IMG/VR virus record: IMGVR_UViG_3300043446_004167
Span: 3,945-67,944 of that record
DNA: 64,000 nt
Source of the DNA: a virus
Reading direction: 5' to 3' (one strand)
Part shown: positions 34,948 through 46,030 of the stretch, one piece after another
How positions within the stretch are numbered: position 1 is the first letter of the stretch
How the letters are laid out: each line of letters begins with the position of its first letter
Notes under the pieces: generated by a model
Told to the model about the DNA's origin: nothing
Seen by the model: only the letters and a program-made list of their open reading frames with translations
Databases searched by the model: none
Position numbers and translations under genes: made by a program

Positions 34948-36321
34948 TTAGAATTCTCCAAATGGATTTATCTCTGAGAAATCTATAACACTATCTGCTG
35001 CTGTTTCAATTTCATCATTAGATGCATATGCATCATATATGTCATCAGTTTCAATGGAATATACTTTATAACTACCTCCCGCTCCAACTATGTATTCACC
35101 TTCAGTGAAGCCACCATCGATGATTGAAACTTTTAGTATCCTAGTGTTAGAATCCCAATTTTTAACATATGCTTTTGTGCTCGTTGATTGTCCTTGTACA
35201 ATTTCATTAAAGTTATAAGTACCTGATGTAATTGTAGCTGATGGGCCAATTTGAATGCTTGGGGTCTGAGTATATCCAGCTCCAGCATTGAGATACCTAA
35301 CGGAACTTACAGATCCTTCACTTGTGATTACAGAGATTGCTGATGCATTGTTCCCAGATGGTGATGTTGAAATTGAAACTACAGGAGAAAAACTATAATT
35401 ATCTCCTCCATCTATTATATTAATTTTACCTAATACTCCTGTATTAATTATACAAGTGCCAATAAATCCAGTACCAGATGTAGATATAATTGTAACATTA
35501 GGTGAAGATATGTATCCATATCCAGGGTCTGTTATTAAAATTTTATCTATGGTGCTATTATTTCCTAGTCGTCTTAAAGTTGCAACAGCTTTTGCAGTTG
35601 CTCCACCTTCGGGGGGATTATCAATCTGTACTAATGGAGTTGACTTAAATCCGTATCCACCATTTAGTATATCTACATATTGAACCGATTTAGAATTTAC
35701 ATTATTAGTTGCTAACCCTACAGTTATTTGAGCATTTTGAGCAGTTTCGGCTACCATCTGTAAAGTTTGCATATATCCAAAATCTTTCACTGAATTATCT
35801 ACTTCTGTAATGCCAGTATCAATAATTTCATCTTCATATTCAAATATTTCACATTTTAATTGATATGTATACAAATTGTTCAATTGATAAAAAGGTGATT
35901 TCACTTCTACATATTTAACCTCGAACAAAGCATTATCAATTGGAAAATAAATTAAATCACCTTCTTGTGGTCTAGATGTTAATTTTATATTAGACGAATT
36001 CGCTATAAAAGGAATAATACTTTGCTCATATCTTTCCTTTGATATTACAAAAGTAATAGCATCAGAAGTTCTAACTCCAAATTTACTTAATATATCTCCT
36101 TGGCCACCAAATCCATCATATGTTAAAACATAAGCTTCAAGTGAAAACCCAGAATCAAATTTAGATACTAGTATTTCTTTTATAATCTCTTTTTCATTTA
36201 TAATCTTTCTTGGTAGATATACTATATCTTGACCTCCCATTCTGATTAGTTCATTTACTAAATCTTGAACTAACCCTTGCTCGCTTTTAGTGCCGTTTAA
36301 AAAAAATGGATTTAATGACAT
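34948..36321 (-). CDS. gp14: neck protein
   Basis: EQ.LVQDL.NE.I...G, RP.EGDLIYFP, FSEINPFG. Confidence 0.93.
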   Translation of the reverse strand: MSLNPFFLNGTKSEQGLVQDLVNELIRMGGQDIVYLPRKIINEKEIIKEILVSKFDSGFSLEAYVLTYDGFGGQGDILSKFGVRTSDAITFVISKERYEQSIIPFIANSSNIKLTSRPQEGDLIYFPIDNALFEVKYVEVKSPFYQLNNLYTYQLKCEIFEYEDEIIDTGITEVDNSVKDFGYMQTLQMVAETAQNAQITVGLATNNVNSKSVQYVDILNGGYGFKSTPLVQIDNPPEGGATAKAVATLRRLGNNSTIDKILITDPGYGYISSPNVTIISTSGTGFIGTCIINTGVLGKINIIDGGDNYSFSPVVSISTSPSGNNASAISVITSEGSVSSVRYLNAGAGYTQTPSIQIGPSATITSGTYNFNEIVQGQSTSTKAYVKNWDSNTRILKVSIIDGGFTEGEYIVGAGGSYKVYSIETDDIYDAYASNDEIETAADSVIDFSEINPFGEF

Positions 36322-36322
36322 A

Positions 36323-37138
36323 TTAACCTATTAGACCTAAAGGTGGCAATTCATATTCTTCTCTTAACTGACGTTCAATTACTTCTAACTCACGCTCTGC
36401 ATCTGAATAGAGTTTCTCACCATTCATAGTAACTCCACCCAAAAGTTGAACATTGTTAAATTTACTTAAATTTTGACCCCATTGCTTTTTAATAGATGCA
36501 ATTAAATATTTTTTGAGCCAGTAATCATTATAAATTTTAGGAAACTCGTTAGGATCTACAATTCTATAACAATCTATAATTATGTAATAATTTTCTGTTA
36601 CTTGAGACCAATCAATATCTAAGTATAGACGATGATTTTTCTTATTAAATCTAATTTGAACATCAGGAGAAATAACCCTACTTATTTCCTCCAAGTAGGT
36701 TTTAACCATTGCATAATTTAAAAGATCCAAAGTTCCAAAATAATATAAATCATTTAGGAAAATTTGATATTTAATATTAAACATTCCACTTGAAATGCTA
36801 GTAGTATCCATTTTAAAAATACTATTTACACTTACTACAGTATCTGGTAATGGAATAAAATTTTGAGCTTCTTCTGTAATTGAAGTTGTTATACCAGTTA
36901 ATGAATTTGAAGTCTGATATACTGGAGTTTTTCTAATTACATCTAGTTCACTTCTAAGAATTTTATGCTTTAAAAATACTCTCTGAATTCCATCAAAATG
37001 GCGCTCTTGAAAGTATTGAAGAGCATCATCTAATCTATCATTTAACTGCTCTTCACTTACATTAATTTCAGAAACTGGAGCACCTAATGCTCGTAAACAA
37101 TATTCTATTAGTTCGTTTCTTGAATTAGGTTGCGCCAT
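36323..37138 (-). CDS. gp13: neck protein
   Basis: YCLRALGAPV..INV..EQ, KKQWGQNL.KF...L.GGVT.NG. Confidence 0.93.
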   Translation of the reverse strand: MAQPNSRNELIEYCLRALGAPVSEINVSEEQLNDRLDDALQYFQERHFDGIQRVFLKHKILRSELDVIRKTPVYQTSNSLTGITTSITEEAQNFIPLPDTVVSVNSIFKMDTTSISSGMFNIKYQIFLNDLYYFGTLDLLNYAMVKTYLEEISRVISPDVQIRFNKKNHRLYLDIDWSQVTENYYIIIDCYRIVDPNEFPKIYNDYWLKKYLIASIKKQWGQNLSKFNNVQLLGGVTMNGEKLYSDAERELEVIERQLREEYELPPLGLIG

Positions 37139-37163
37139 TTTAATTTACTTTACCTTTAACTAT

Positions 37164-37358
37164 TTATTTTTGTAGAATAGCCTTTAACATAGTTTTGATT
37201 TCAGATATATCATCTTCTATTTTAGTTAAACGATTTTGATTATTAATCAATCTATGTTTTATCTTCAAATACTCATCGTAACTATTATCATTCATATTAA
37301 TAATTGCATCAGTTGTTTCATCTCGATATAACCCATTGTAACCCTTAACTTTAATCAT
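37164..37358 (-). CDS. small conserved hypothetical protein
   Basis: KV.G...LYRD..T.AIIN motif with a coiled-coil end; overlaps the upstream stop. Confidence 0.7.
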   Translation of the reverse strand: MIKVKGYNGLYRDETTDAIINMNDNSYDEYLKIKHRLINNQNRLTKIEDDISEIKTMLKAILQK

Positions 37359-40300
37359 CGTGTTGCAATAATCTTGAGATTTTTAATTTTAGGAATGTAA
37401 GCTTGATTAGTTCCAGTCATAATTATCTTAACCTGAGCTCCAGTAAATGTATACGGAACTTCTACAGTATACTCATACTCCTTATAATCCTGTTCATTAT
37501 CCGAGCTTGGTATCATTCTATCGGGAAGTCCTTCATTTTTATTGATATCAATAACATTTCCCGAAGAATCTATATTTGAATACCCTGGGAATAATTCATA
37601 TAATTGATAACTATCGGGAGAGTCATCTCTAAACAATCTGTAGGCCACTCTTATTTTATTAGTATTATGTCGATATGCATTAAATGTAACTTTTAAGCCA
37701 TCTGCTGGATTTTTTAAATTAAATCTCTTAGACACATAAATTGTAGAATTTGGGTCATCAATTAATGAATTTACTCTAGAATCAGTAATCCAATTAGAGA
37801 CTGGATCATCAATTCTATTTGACCTTGCAATTACTCCAATTGTATCTAAATTTATAACAGGAGATAGTTTACTATTTTCGGTTCTATTTAAATTTAATTT
37901 TAATATGAAAGAAGTTGTGTTATTCTGCTCATTAATTTTTGAGTATATTGCTCTCATAGAATCAAACACATTATATGATTCCAATGAACAGTTTTGATAT
38001 CCTGTGTCTCTATATGGAACCTCTACTCCATTTACACTTGTTGATGTATACGTTTTACATTCAGCGGTAACTCTAGAACGTCCCGGAGTAACAATGTCTG
38101 TAATTAATTTTAAAGAATTAAATGGAACATTATAGCTAGTTCTAGGAGTATTTACTATTCCTAGAGGTGTTGTGACGTTACTAGCTGTTTTAGTTTTAAA
38201 GAAATACTTATTTGAATCATTTACTACTTTAATATAGAAACTATCAATTTCTGGTTTATATTTTCCAGAATTACTTACACTATGAGTATTATTAATTTTT
38301 CTAAGAGAAATCCCATTGAATTCATATTTATATACTAAAGTGTCGCTCTCATCATCTTTATTTGGAGTATATTCATTTGCCTTTGTATTATCAATTTCTC
38401 TTCCACTTATTGATATTTGATGTGGAGTCGTCGTTGTTGTCACTCCATTATATCTAATTATTTCATTTTCTATCATTAAATACCCAACGGTAGACCCCCC
38501 AACTGTCCTACCTTCAAATAACTTAAATTGATTTGCGTCTTCTACTTGTATTGTTGAGCTATCTAAATCAACAACACTAAGTAATTTTGTTGGCATATAA
38601 TCAGGCTGAACTGATGATATTACAACTGAATTTCCAGATGAATACATTCCGTGATTTTTTGCATTTATCTTTAAGTATAATCCATTTTCTATCTCTTCAA
38701 ATGAATCTGGTTGAATTCCGTTAAGAGTTGTATTGCCTATAATTAAATCATTCGAAAGTGATAATGCACCTTGAACTTCATCTATAATTATTGAATTATA
38801 ATCAGTCACTATTCCTGTTGTATTTTGAACCGTAAGAATTATATTAGAACCTAAATTTTCAGTATCTCCGTTTTCAATTGTTAAGATATCGCCTATTGAA
38901 TAACCATTTCCACCAGCAGTTACAGTAGCTTGATATGCAACTCCGGTGCCAACTCCTAATGTTATTCTACCATTATTTCCAGATCCAGTTAAATTAATTA
39001 ATCCAACATCTGTATAATTTTTAACTCCATCGGTATATCCAAATCCTGGATTTGTTATAGCAAGAGTATAACCTGTATTTAAAGAACCTAAAACTCCAGT
39101 CACTTTCGCATTAAACACAGAGTTATTAGATTGAGTTAGCAAGTCTCCAGAATTTAAGGAATTAACCTGACCATTTGTTAAATTATTATTTAAATTGACA
39201 TATAAAGAGCGGCTATACGCTTGAATTGAATTTTGTGATAATTTTTTAACCTGATTCGTATTTAAATCATCACTATCACTTGAGCTTATAAAATAAACAG
39301 AACCAGTTTCTTCCGTAAATTCAGCTCGATATAATGTAAATTTAAGGTCATCTCCTCGGCTTGGCTCCCAAACAGATGCATTTTGTGATTTAAATAGAAG
39401 ACCATCAAAAGGTCTAGATATTCTTACTTGATTAGTTGATAATGTAGAAATATCATATTCGCCTTCTCTAGATATCCAAATTGAATAATCATTTGAATTT
39501 GAAGAAATTATCAAGCTATATTCTTCATTATCCCCTTCGAGATAAATTGGAGCAGGAAATTCAAAAGTTGTAGCTATAGATGCATCTTCGGATACTTGAA
39601 TATCATTAGGTAATAGAGTAACTCTACTATTTTTTAATACGTTCTTTGAAGGAACTCCATTTTCTACAGTTCTTATTTCAACTTTAATTGGAATATTACC
39701 AATGTCTTTTGTTCTAAAGTAAAGGTCACATTTGGTTAAAAATATTCCAGTAGTGTCATTAACCTTAAAAGTTTGAGCTAGAGGAGTTCTATATACTGGA
39801 TTTACTCTTAATTTTCTAAATTCAGTACTTTCATTATCTTCACTATTCGGCTCTATAGGTTGAGTTTCAGATGTATTTTCATCAATTTCTTCTATATTAT
39901 TAAATACTCTATAAATTGTCTCGGCATAACTATCATATGGAGTTAATGATTTATTATTTCTACTATTTGTTGTTAATACAAAACTCTTTTTCCCTGAAGT
40001 AAATCTTGGATTTGTCTCATCAGATTCATCTGGAATGAATAAAGAGCCAATAAATTCTCCACTTTCATTTGTAATCACTCTAACATCTTTAACTTTTGCT
40101 TTTGCTCCACTTGTTTCACCTACAAGTATCATTCCTTTAGATATATTACCAGAATACATTCTTCTAGTATTTGATGCTAAAGAATCAATATCTATGTTTA
40201 ATATTGTAGATGTTGTTGAATAGTTGTTTGGAATTATTGAATTTATAGAATATGGATTAGTATTATATTCTTTAGTTGGATTTGTAATGAGTCCATATTT

Positions 40301-43300
40301 ATGTCTAGGGTGAGCTAAGTTAAATGTTATATTGGATTTATTTAAATGAGTTCCTCTTACTAATTCATTTATACTGAATACTCCTGAAATCATTTCAATT
40401 TCAACTAATTTTGGAATTAAATATGAACCAACATTAATATTATTAAAAAATGGATAAAATAGAGTATTTGGTTTCAATGCAGTCGCTATTACCTTAATAT
40501 TTCTTCTTCTGATGAAATGTTTAGTATCATCATCTTCTTCTTCATCTGTAGTTGCAGCTGAGGTTTCTTCTGAACTTGTACCTGATGTATCATCTGCTGT
40601 ATTTCTCTCTCTAGTTTCACCATCTTCTACATTCAATGGCCCAGTTTCAGGGTCATCAGTCAATTCCCACATATCATTAGAGGGGTATAAGAATATATTT
40701 CCAACCCAACTAGAATTGTTGATGTTTACATCGACTGAATTAGATGCAAAAGTATTTTTTAAATATTCAACATTATCATAATCTAAACACACAATATTTT
40801 CTTTTACTTTAATATTGGTGCTTAATCCTGCATTTACTTCTAAATCTACATAAGCTTCACTAATTTTTGGTCTTAACTCTTTATTTTCTGTATCAACGTA
40901 AACTCTGTATAATTTATTTTGTACATCTCCTTTATTTTCTTTTGTAAAATTATCTACAAAAAACCCAGTTTTATATCGATTTAGATTTGTAATTCTATCA
41001 ATAATATCTAAATTCTGAGCTTCAAGTTCTAAGAGTGATAGATTAGTATCTTTTTCAAATGTATTTAATTTGTTTTCTAGTTTAGAGATATCTTTCATCG
41101 TATATCTCTTATTTTTTCTAGTTTTAATTTTAATATCTTTTACATTTACAACGTATGGGGGTAAATGTAATCTAGCAACTTCTAAAGATTCATTTAAGTT
41201 TTCAGGCTCTCTTGGATCTATTGATGGCACTCCACTTATTAAATTAAATTCCCCATTCTTAGTTAAGAATAGTTTATCAATTCTAGGTAAATAATATCTG
41301 TAATTAATAACAATATTAGTATTTTTTGCAACTATTGAATTAGATGATGAGTTTAAATCACTAAATTCTCTTGATCTAAAATCAAATGGAGATATTGATG
41401 AAGCTATATTATATGGAGTTACTCTAGGTCTAAAATCTAAAATATCACTAAATCTATTTTTATTAATTTTTGGAAGATTGGGATATAAAGATGCATCATA
41501 TGAGTTTACACTTACAAATGAACCACTATCATTTGAATTTATGGAATAATGATTGAAATATATTCTTATTTTTTTAGTTGGAGAACTGACATTATTTTTT
41601 CTAATTATCCTGGAAAAATCAAAGTAAGAATCTCTTATTCCACTGTCTAATATGTAAGAATCTTTTATATTATTAGAGCCTAAATTCACAACACCTACCG
41701 TTGCTATAACTCCACTTTCTTCAAATTTAATAGTTTCTCCAATTTCAAATGTTCTGTTATTTAAATAACAGAAACTTATAGTAGAAGTATTTGATGCCCC
41801 TAGTACAGACGCAACTGCTTTACTGTTTTGTCCTATAATTTTTTCACCTTTAATTAAAAGATTAAAGCTACCTTCATCAACAGATGACGCACTTAAAGAT
41901 GGAGGTACTGGAGTTGTATCATCTGAGGATTCATATATTGCCAATATTGAGGTTACTTCTGGATAGTTTAAAGATATTATTTTATCTTCAATTCTAGTTC
42001 CATATACGTTACTAAATGTTAAATCAGTATCTATTGTATTGTTTTTGTCACTTGTTCTATTAATTACTAAAGACGTTCCTCTATTATATACTTTACTTCT
42101 AGAAGTACATTCTACATCCTCATAAGTTACTGTTAGTTTAGCATTTCCAATTTTACTAAGGTTTCTTAATGTTATGTCTCCTTGATTTGGAGTATTTGGT
42201 AATAATTTTATATTTGATAATCTTTCAACTGTTCCATCATTAAAAGTCAATGTATATAATTCTTCATCGAATGGTAATAATATCAAATTGGAAGATGAAT
42301 TGAATGGAGCTGCAGATACGACATAGGATGACTTATTATTAATATTAATATCTAATGTTTTTCTTAATGTTACACTAGACTCATTCGAGTCAATAGACTC
42401 TACAAATTTATTTTTTAAGGGTGAATATAATCTTGAATCTTTACTAATTATTTTATTTGTTATTTTAAAAATGTCATTTACTGTTATTTGACTAGTCGGT
42501 AGTTCCCCTTTATTGACATTTGTAACATTGGCTAAACTTTTTATAATTACTTTACCATCTTCAATCTTGTCTACCTTATTATAAAATATGCTATCTGAAC
42601 CTTCTTTTGAGTAAGCAATTACATCACCATTTTTAATGTATCTACTAAAATCATCATTTGCAGTTGTTATAGTGCTTATTCCGATGGTACTTATTCCAGA
42701 TGTACGTGAGGATATAACATAATTTGCTTTTTCATTAGAATAATTAAGTCTTCTTGATAAAACAGTATCTGCTGTAAAAGACGCGGCATAAGTTGAAGGA
42801 TTTACATCATTTGAAGTTATTTGATATACATCTTGCAGTGAATAATCTCTTTTATTTACTACAATTCTGTTTGAATCAACTCCATTTACTAAAAGTTTTT
42901 CATCATTTATAAATGAACCAGATACTTGATATAAATTAAAGCTAGTGGTTGATGTTGAAATATCGTCAACTAAAAATCCATTTGCTCCACTTTGAACCCC
43001 TTCAATATAAGTAGATTTCGAATAAGAAGTTGAGAATCCAGTATTTATAGTTATTTTAGTATATGTCTGAACATCATATAAAGAAACTTCAAATATAGAT
43101 GAACTATCAATATATTCTTGTGACTTTAATTTTAAATCATACAACCTAGCGATTCCAACCTGAGATCCAATCGAAGTTGCTGACCCTACACTAGAATCAG
43201 TTCTGTGATTATAAAGTCTAACATATGAACTTGTAGTATAACCTACTGGGATAGTTCCATATACATTATTAATTTCTATTTGTGTTCCAAAATCAAATGG

Positions 43301-44473
43301 AATTGCCTGATTTTGAGCTCTTTCGGTATCTCTTGTTTTTTGTAAATTTAAAAATGTATTACTTATCTTCTCAATTTCATAACCTCTAACATATGCTTTA
43401 CCTGGACTTACTATTATATGAGCTAGACTATCTGATGGGTCATCTCCAGCCTCTGTTACATCATTCTCATTATAAATTCCATTATTTCCAAGATAATTGT
43501 TTAAAGACTCTTTAATTTCAATTTCAAAGGGATTTATGTAGTAATCTCCACTCTCGTCATAAGTTCTACGGGCTAATTCTTTTAATAATATATTGTAGCT
43601 TGTATTATTTACTACTGATATTAATTCTCCGTTTTCTACCCTAAGCAATTGAACAAAATTCTCATCATCAAAATCTTGTAATTCTTTTTTATATAATTCA
43701 GTTTCTATTAAAAGTCTGTCCGCACCACTAGATGCAAAATTATAAAATCCTTGAGAATTATCTAAAAGGTCATTGTATTGGTTAGATGCAGTCGCAAAAG
43801 ACTCTTTTATAGATAGACCAACTCTATATGAAGGAGTATTTTCATATTGATCTAGAATTAAAGTCTGACCCTTAATCTTTAAGAAAAAACCTCTGATAAA
43901 ATAAACTCCATCTGTTATTTTAACAGATGAGCCAATAGAGTTTGAATTATTTGCAATAGTGTTTGCAAATGTTGTATTTTGCCTCAATACACCCAAAGGA
44001 TAATTTACATCCTCTAATAAAACTAAATTTTCCCCATCTTCAAATACTGTGGCAGTAAAATCAGTTTGGCTTGATGAAATATATTTTACATATAAAGTAT
44101 TATTACCCCTTTCGGATATATTTTCATTTATAACATTTACTATTTTTGCTTTTACTCGACTGACTTCACCTTCTATTTCCTTTCCTACAAGTTGGTCGAG
44201 GTAGTCAATTACTGGAATTCCTAAATGAATGCTATCAATTTCAACACAAGTGTAATTAGTATCTAAGGAAATATCTCCAGGAATGACCATTGAGCCATCC
44301 TTGAAAAAATGTTTTCCAAATTTTTCAATTTGATTTTGTAAAATTGACTGTAAAGTAGTAAGCTCTCTAGCTTGAATTGATTTGCCAGGCTTAAATAATA
44401 CTCGATGATAATTTTTATCATCATCAAAATCATCATAATAAGGAGATACGTTTAGGTTGATATTTTGAGGCAT
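37355..44473 (-). CDS. large baseplate-associated structural protein (VrlC/DUF4815-like)
   Basis: NLNVSPYYDDF..KNY.RVLFKPG..IQARELT.LQSILQ.Q, LARRTYDESGDY, YLPRIDK, GFFVDNF, PLAQTF. Confidence 0.85.
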   Translation of the reverse strand: MPQNINLNVSPYYDDFDDDKNYHRVLFKPGKSIQARELTTLQSILQNQIEKFGKHFFKDGSMVIPGDISLDTNYTCVEIDSIHLGIPVIDYLDQLVGKEIEGEVSRVKAKIVNVINENISERGNNTLYVKYISSSQTDFTATVFEDGENLVLLEDVNYPLGVLRQNTTFANTIANNSNSIGSSVKITDGVYFIRGFFLKIKGQTLILDQYENTPSYRVGLSIKESFATASNQYNDLLDNSQGFYNFASSGADRLLIETELYKKELQDFDDENFVQLLRVENGELISVVNNTSYNILLKELARRTYDESGDYYINPFEIEIKESLNNYLGNNGIYNENDVTEAGDDPSDSLAHIIVSPGKAYVRGYEIEKISNTFLNLQKTRDTERAQNQAIPFDFGTQIEINNVYGTIPVGYTTSSYVRLYNHRTDSSVGSATSIGSQVGIARLYDLKLKSQEYIDSSSIFEVSLYDVQTYTKITINTGFSTSYSKSTYIEGVQSGANGFLVDDISTSTTSFNLYQVSGSFINDEKLLVNGVDSNRIVVNKRDYSLQDVYQITSNDVNPSTYAASFTADTVLSRRLNYSNEKANYVISSRTSGISTIGISTITTANDDFSRYIKNGDVIAYSKEGSDSIFYNKVDKIEDGKVIIKSLANVTNVNKGELPTSQITVNDIFKITNKIISKDSRLYSPLKNKFVESIDSNESSVTLRKTLDININNKSSYVVSAAPFNSSSNLILLPFDEELYTLTFNDGTVERLSNIKLLPNTPNQGDITLRNLSKIGNAKLTVTYEDVECTSRSKVYNRGTSLVINRTSDKNNTIDTDLTFSNVYGTRIEDKIISLNYPEVTSILAIYESSDDTTPVPPSLSASSVDEGSFNLLIKGEKIIGQNSKAVASVLGASNTSTISFCYLNNRTFEIGETIKFEESGVIATVGVVNLGSNNIKDSYILDSGIRDSYFDFSRIIRKNNVSSPTKKIRIYFNHYSINSNDSGSFVSVNSYDASLYPNLPKINKNRFSDILDFRPRVTPYNIASSISPFDFRSREFSDLNSSSNSIVAKNTNIVINYRYYLPRIDKLFLTKNGEFNLISGVPSIDPREPENLNESLEVARLHLPPYVVNVKDIKIKTRKNKRYTMKDISKLENKLNTFEKDTNLSLLELEAQNLDIIDRITNLNRYKTGFFVDNFTKENKGDVQNKLYRVYVDTENKELRPKISEAYVDLEVNAGLSTNIKVKENIVCLDYDNVEYLKNTFASNSVDVNINNSSWVGNIFLYPSNDMWELTDDPETGPLNVEDGETRERNTADDTSGTSSEETSAATTDEEEDDDTKHFIRRRNIKVIATALKPNTLFYPFFNNINVGSYLIPKLVEIEMISGVFSINELVRGTHLNKSNITFNLAHPRHKYGLITNPTKEYNTNPYSINSIIPNNYSTTSTILNIDIDSLASNTRRMYSGNISKGMILVGETSGAKAKVKDVRVITNESGEFIGSLFIPDESDETNPRFTSGKKSFVLTTNSRNNKSLTPYDSYAETIYRVFNNIEEIDENTSETQPIEPNSEDNESTEFRKLRVNPVYRTPLAQTFKVNDTTGIFLTKCDLYFRTKDIGNIPIKVEIRTVENGVPSKNVLKNSRVTLLPNDIQVSEDASIATTFEFPAPIYLEGDNEEYSLIISSNSNDYSIWISREGEYDISTLSTNQVRISRPFDGLLFKSQNASVWEPSRGDDLKFTLYRAEFTEETGSVYFISSSDSDDLNTNQVKKLSQNSIQAYSRSLYVNLNNNLTNGQVNSLNSGDLLTQSNNSVFNAKVTGVLGSLNTGYTLAITNPGFGYTDGVKNYTDVGLINLTGSGNNGRITLGVGTGVAYQATVTAGGNGYSIGDILTIENGDTENLGSNIILTVQNTTGIVTDYNSIIIDEVQGALSLSNDLIIGNTTLNGIQPDSFEEIENGLYLKINAKNHGMYSSGNSVVISSVQPDYMPTKLLSVVDLDSSTIQVEDANQFKLFEGRTVGGSTVGYLMIENEIIRYNGVTTTTTPHQISISGREIDNTKANEYTPNKDDESDTLVYKYEFNGISLRKINNTHSVSNSGKYKPEIDSFYIKVVNDSNKYFFKTKTASNVTTPLGIVNTPRTSYNVPFNSLKLITDIVTPGRSRVTAECKTYTSTSVNGVEVPYRDTGYQNCSLESYNVFDSMRAIYSKINEQNNTTSFILKLNLNRTENSKLSPVINLDTIGVIARSNRIDDPVSNWITDSRVNSLIDDPNSTIYVSKRFNLKNPADGLKVTFNAYRHNTNKIRVAYRLFRDDSPDSYQLYELFPGYSNIDSSGNVIDINKNEGLPDRMIPSSDNEQDYKEYEYTVEVPYTFTGAQVKIIMTGTNQAYIPKIKNLKIIATR

Positions 44474-44478
44474 TTTAT

Positions 44479-46005
44479 TTAAAATTCTATGATAATTTTT
44501 ATGTCTTCTTTTTGACTTAGTGAGCGAAGAATAGGCTGTCTATTATCTATGTAAATAATAGTCCCTGACCCACTTTCATATTCTGAAGATGAAATTCCAG
44601 AAATGTAATTACTTCCTAAATTATATATTTTACCATTTACGTTAGTTGTGATTCCTGTAAATGATGTGTCTATATTTAAACTATTCCCAGATGAGTTTAC
44701 AATGGTCAAACTACCCCCAGTTCCAATGGTTGAGGTAAATTTATGTAACACGTATCCAACCGACTCTCCAGCGGCTCCTACAGGCTGATAATAGCGTAAT
44801 ATCTTAGTATCATTATCCCAAGATGCTACATATCCTATTGCTGTTTTACCAGTTCCTATAGTTTGTGTTATTTTTTGGTCTACTACATAATTTGCATTTC
44901 CACCTGTGAGCTTCAGACCACCTAATGCACTTACATAATCCAATTGGTTTTGTACTGTAGGATTGTATATAATGCCAACGGTAGCAAAATCATTTCCTAC
45001 TATTACATCTGGATTTTCTGACTCAGTTTCAAATCTAGAATGAATTATTACTCTATTTGCTCCAAGTTCATTGTATATATCATAACCGTGACCTCCTTTT
45101 GGAGGAATAATGACATCAAATTGAGCTATGTTACCCGAACTAGATAAACTACTTGGAATGCCAGGAGCACCAGATTGAAATTTAATTAGTCCTTTCGTAT
45201 AACCATATCCACCGTTTGTAACTATTACATCAGAAACTTCACCAAATGAGTTGGTAATAATTGTAACTTCTCCATCTTTACCATCTCCCAAAATAGGTAT
45301 GCCCGTAAAAGTAGATGACGCAGGATAGCCATTACCATATTTTGTTATAATTACACTTTCAATTTTTCCAGCTACAGCGTTATTTTTTATAGATAGACTT
45401 TCAGTTCCAGTCTGACCCCAATTTTCAGGTAGTGGTATATAAGCATCTGTATCAAATTTAATTAAATCAGAAGGTTTAATTGTAAAAAGATATTTCCAAA
45501 CATAACCATCCCCACTTGAGCCAGCAGGTCTTGGCTCTAAGTCAATAAAATCAGGTTGGTCTAAAGAAATTTGACCTAATGGATTATCTGCATTTGTTCC
45601 ATTGTTTAAACATATATAAACTCTATAATTGTCATTAATTACATAATAATTACTTTCATATAGTGAAGAAGAATTAGTTATTGGAGATAAGTTGTAAATA
45701 CTATAGTCGTGCCTATACATTTCATAGATTTGACCAGTAGTCCAAGTAACTTTTCTAACAGCTCGTCTAATATCCGCTGAAGTTATTTTTTTAAGTGCTA
45801 TTAAAGTTTCTTTAATTCTATTTTCTTGGTCTAATGTATCTAATGGGTCTGGTCCAAACCCCCAGTTTGTTATCCCAATTCCAACTTCTGGATTACTTGA
45901 ATTAGGTTGGCCTATGAATGTATACGCAGAGTTAGCTCCCGTTAAAGACGTTACAAAATTTTCTGCATTTAAAATTCTAAATTTATCTGATATAATAGCT
46001 GACAT
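44479..46005 (-). CDS. gp8: baseplate wedge subunit
   Basis: FRILNAENF, YEMYRHDY, VYICL.N, DGYVWKYLFTI, QKEDIKIIIEF. Confidence 0.9.
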   Translation of the reverse strand: MSAIISDKFRILNAENFVTSLTGANSAYTFIGQPNSSNPEVGIGITNWGFGPDPLDTLDQENRIKETLIALKKITSADIRRAVRKVTWTTGQIYEMYRHDYSIYNLSPITNSSSLYESNYYVINDNYRVYICLNNGTNADNPLGQISLDQPDFIDLEPRPAGSSGDGYVWKYLFTIKPSDLIKFDTDAYIPLPENWGQTGTESLSIKNNAVAGKIESVIITKYGNGYPASSTFTGIPILGDGKDGEVTIITNSFGEVSDVIVTNGGYGYTKGLIKFQSGAPGIPSSLSSSGNIAQFDVIIPPKGGHGYDIYNELGANRVIIHSRFETESENPDVIVGNDFATVGIIYNPTVQNQLDYVSALGGLKLTGGNANYVVDQKITQTIGTGKTAIGYVASWDNDTKILRYYQPVGAAGESVGYVLHKFTSTIGTGGSLTIVNSSGNSLNIDTSFTGITTNVNGKIYNLGSNYISGISSSEYESGSGTIIYIDNRQPILRSLSQKEDIKIIIEF

Positions 46006-46030
46006 TGATTTTTAGACTTTTATATATTTA

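Noticed and set aside
37355-44473. Absence of recognisable gp9-gp12 between gp8 and gp13, and of gp24
   Set aside because: This is the ordinary arrangement for cyanomyophage-type genomes.
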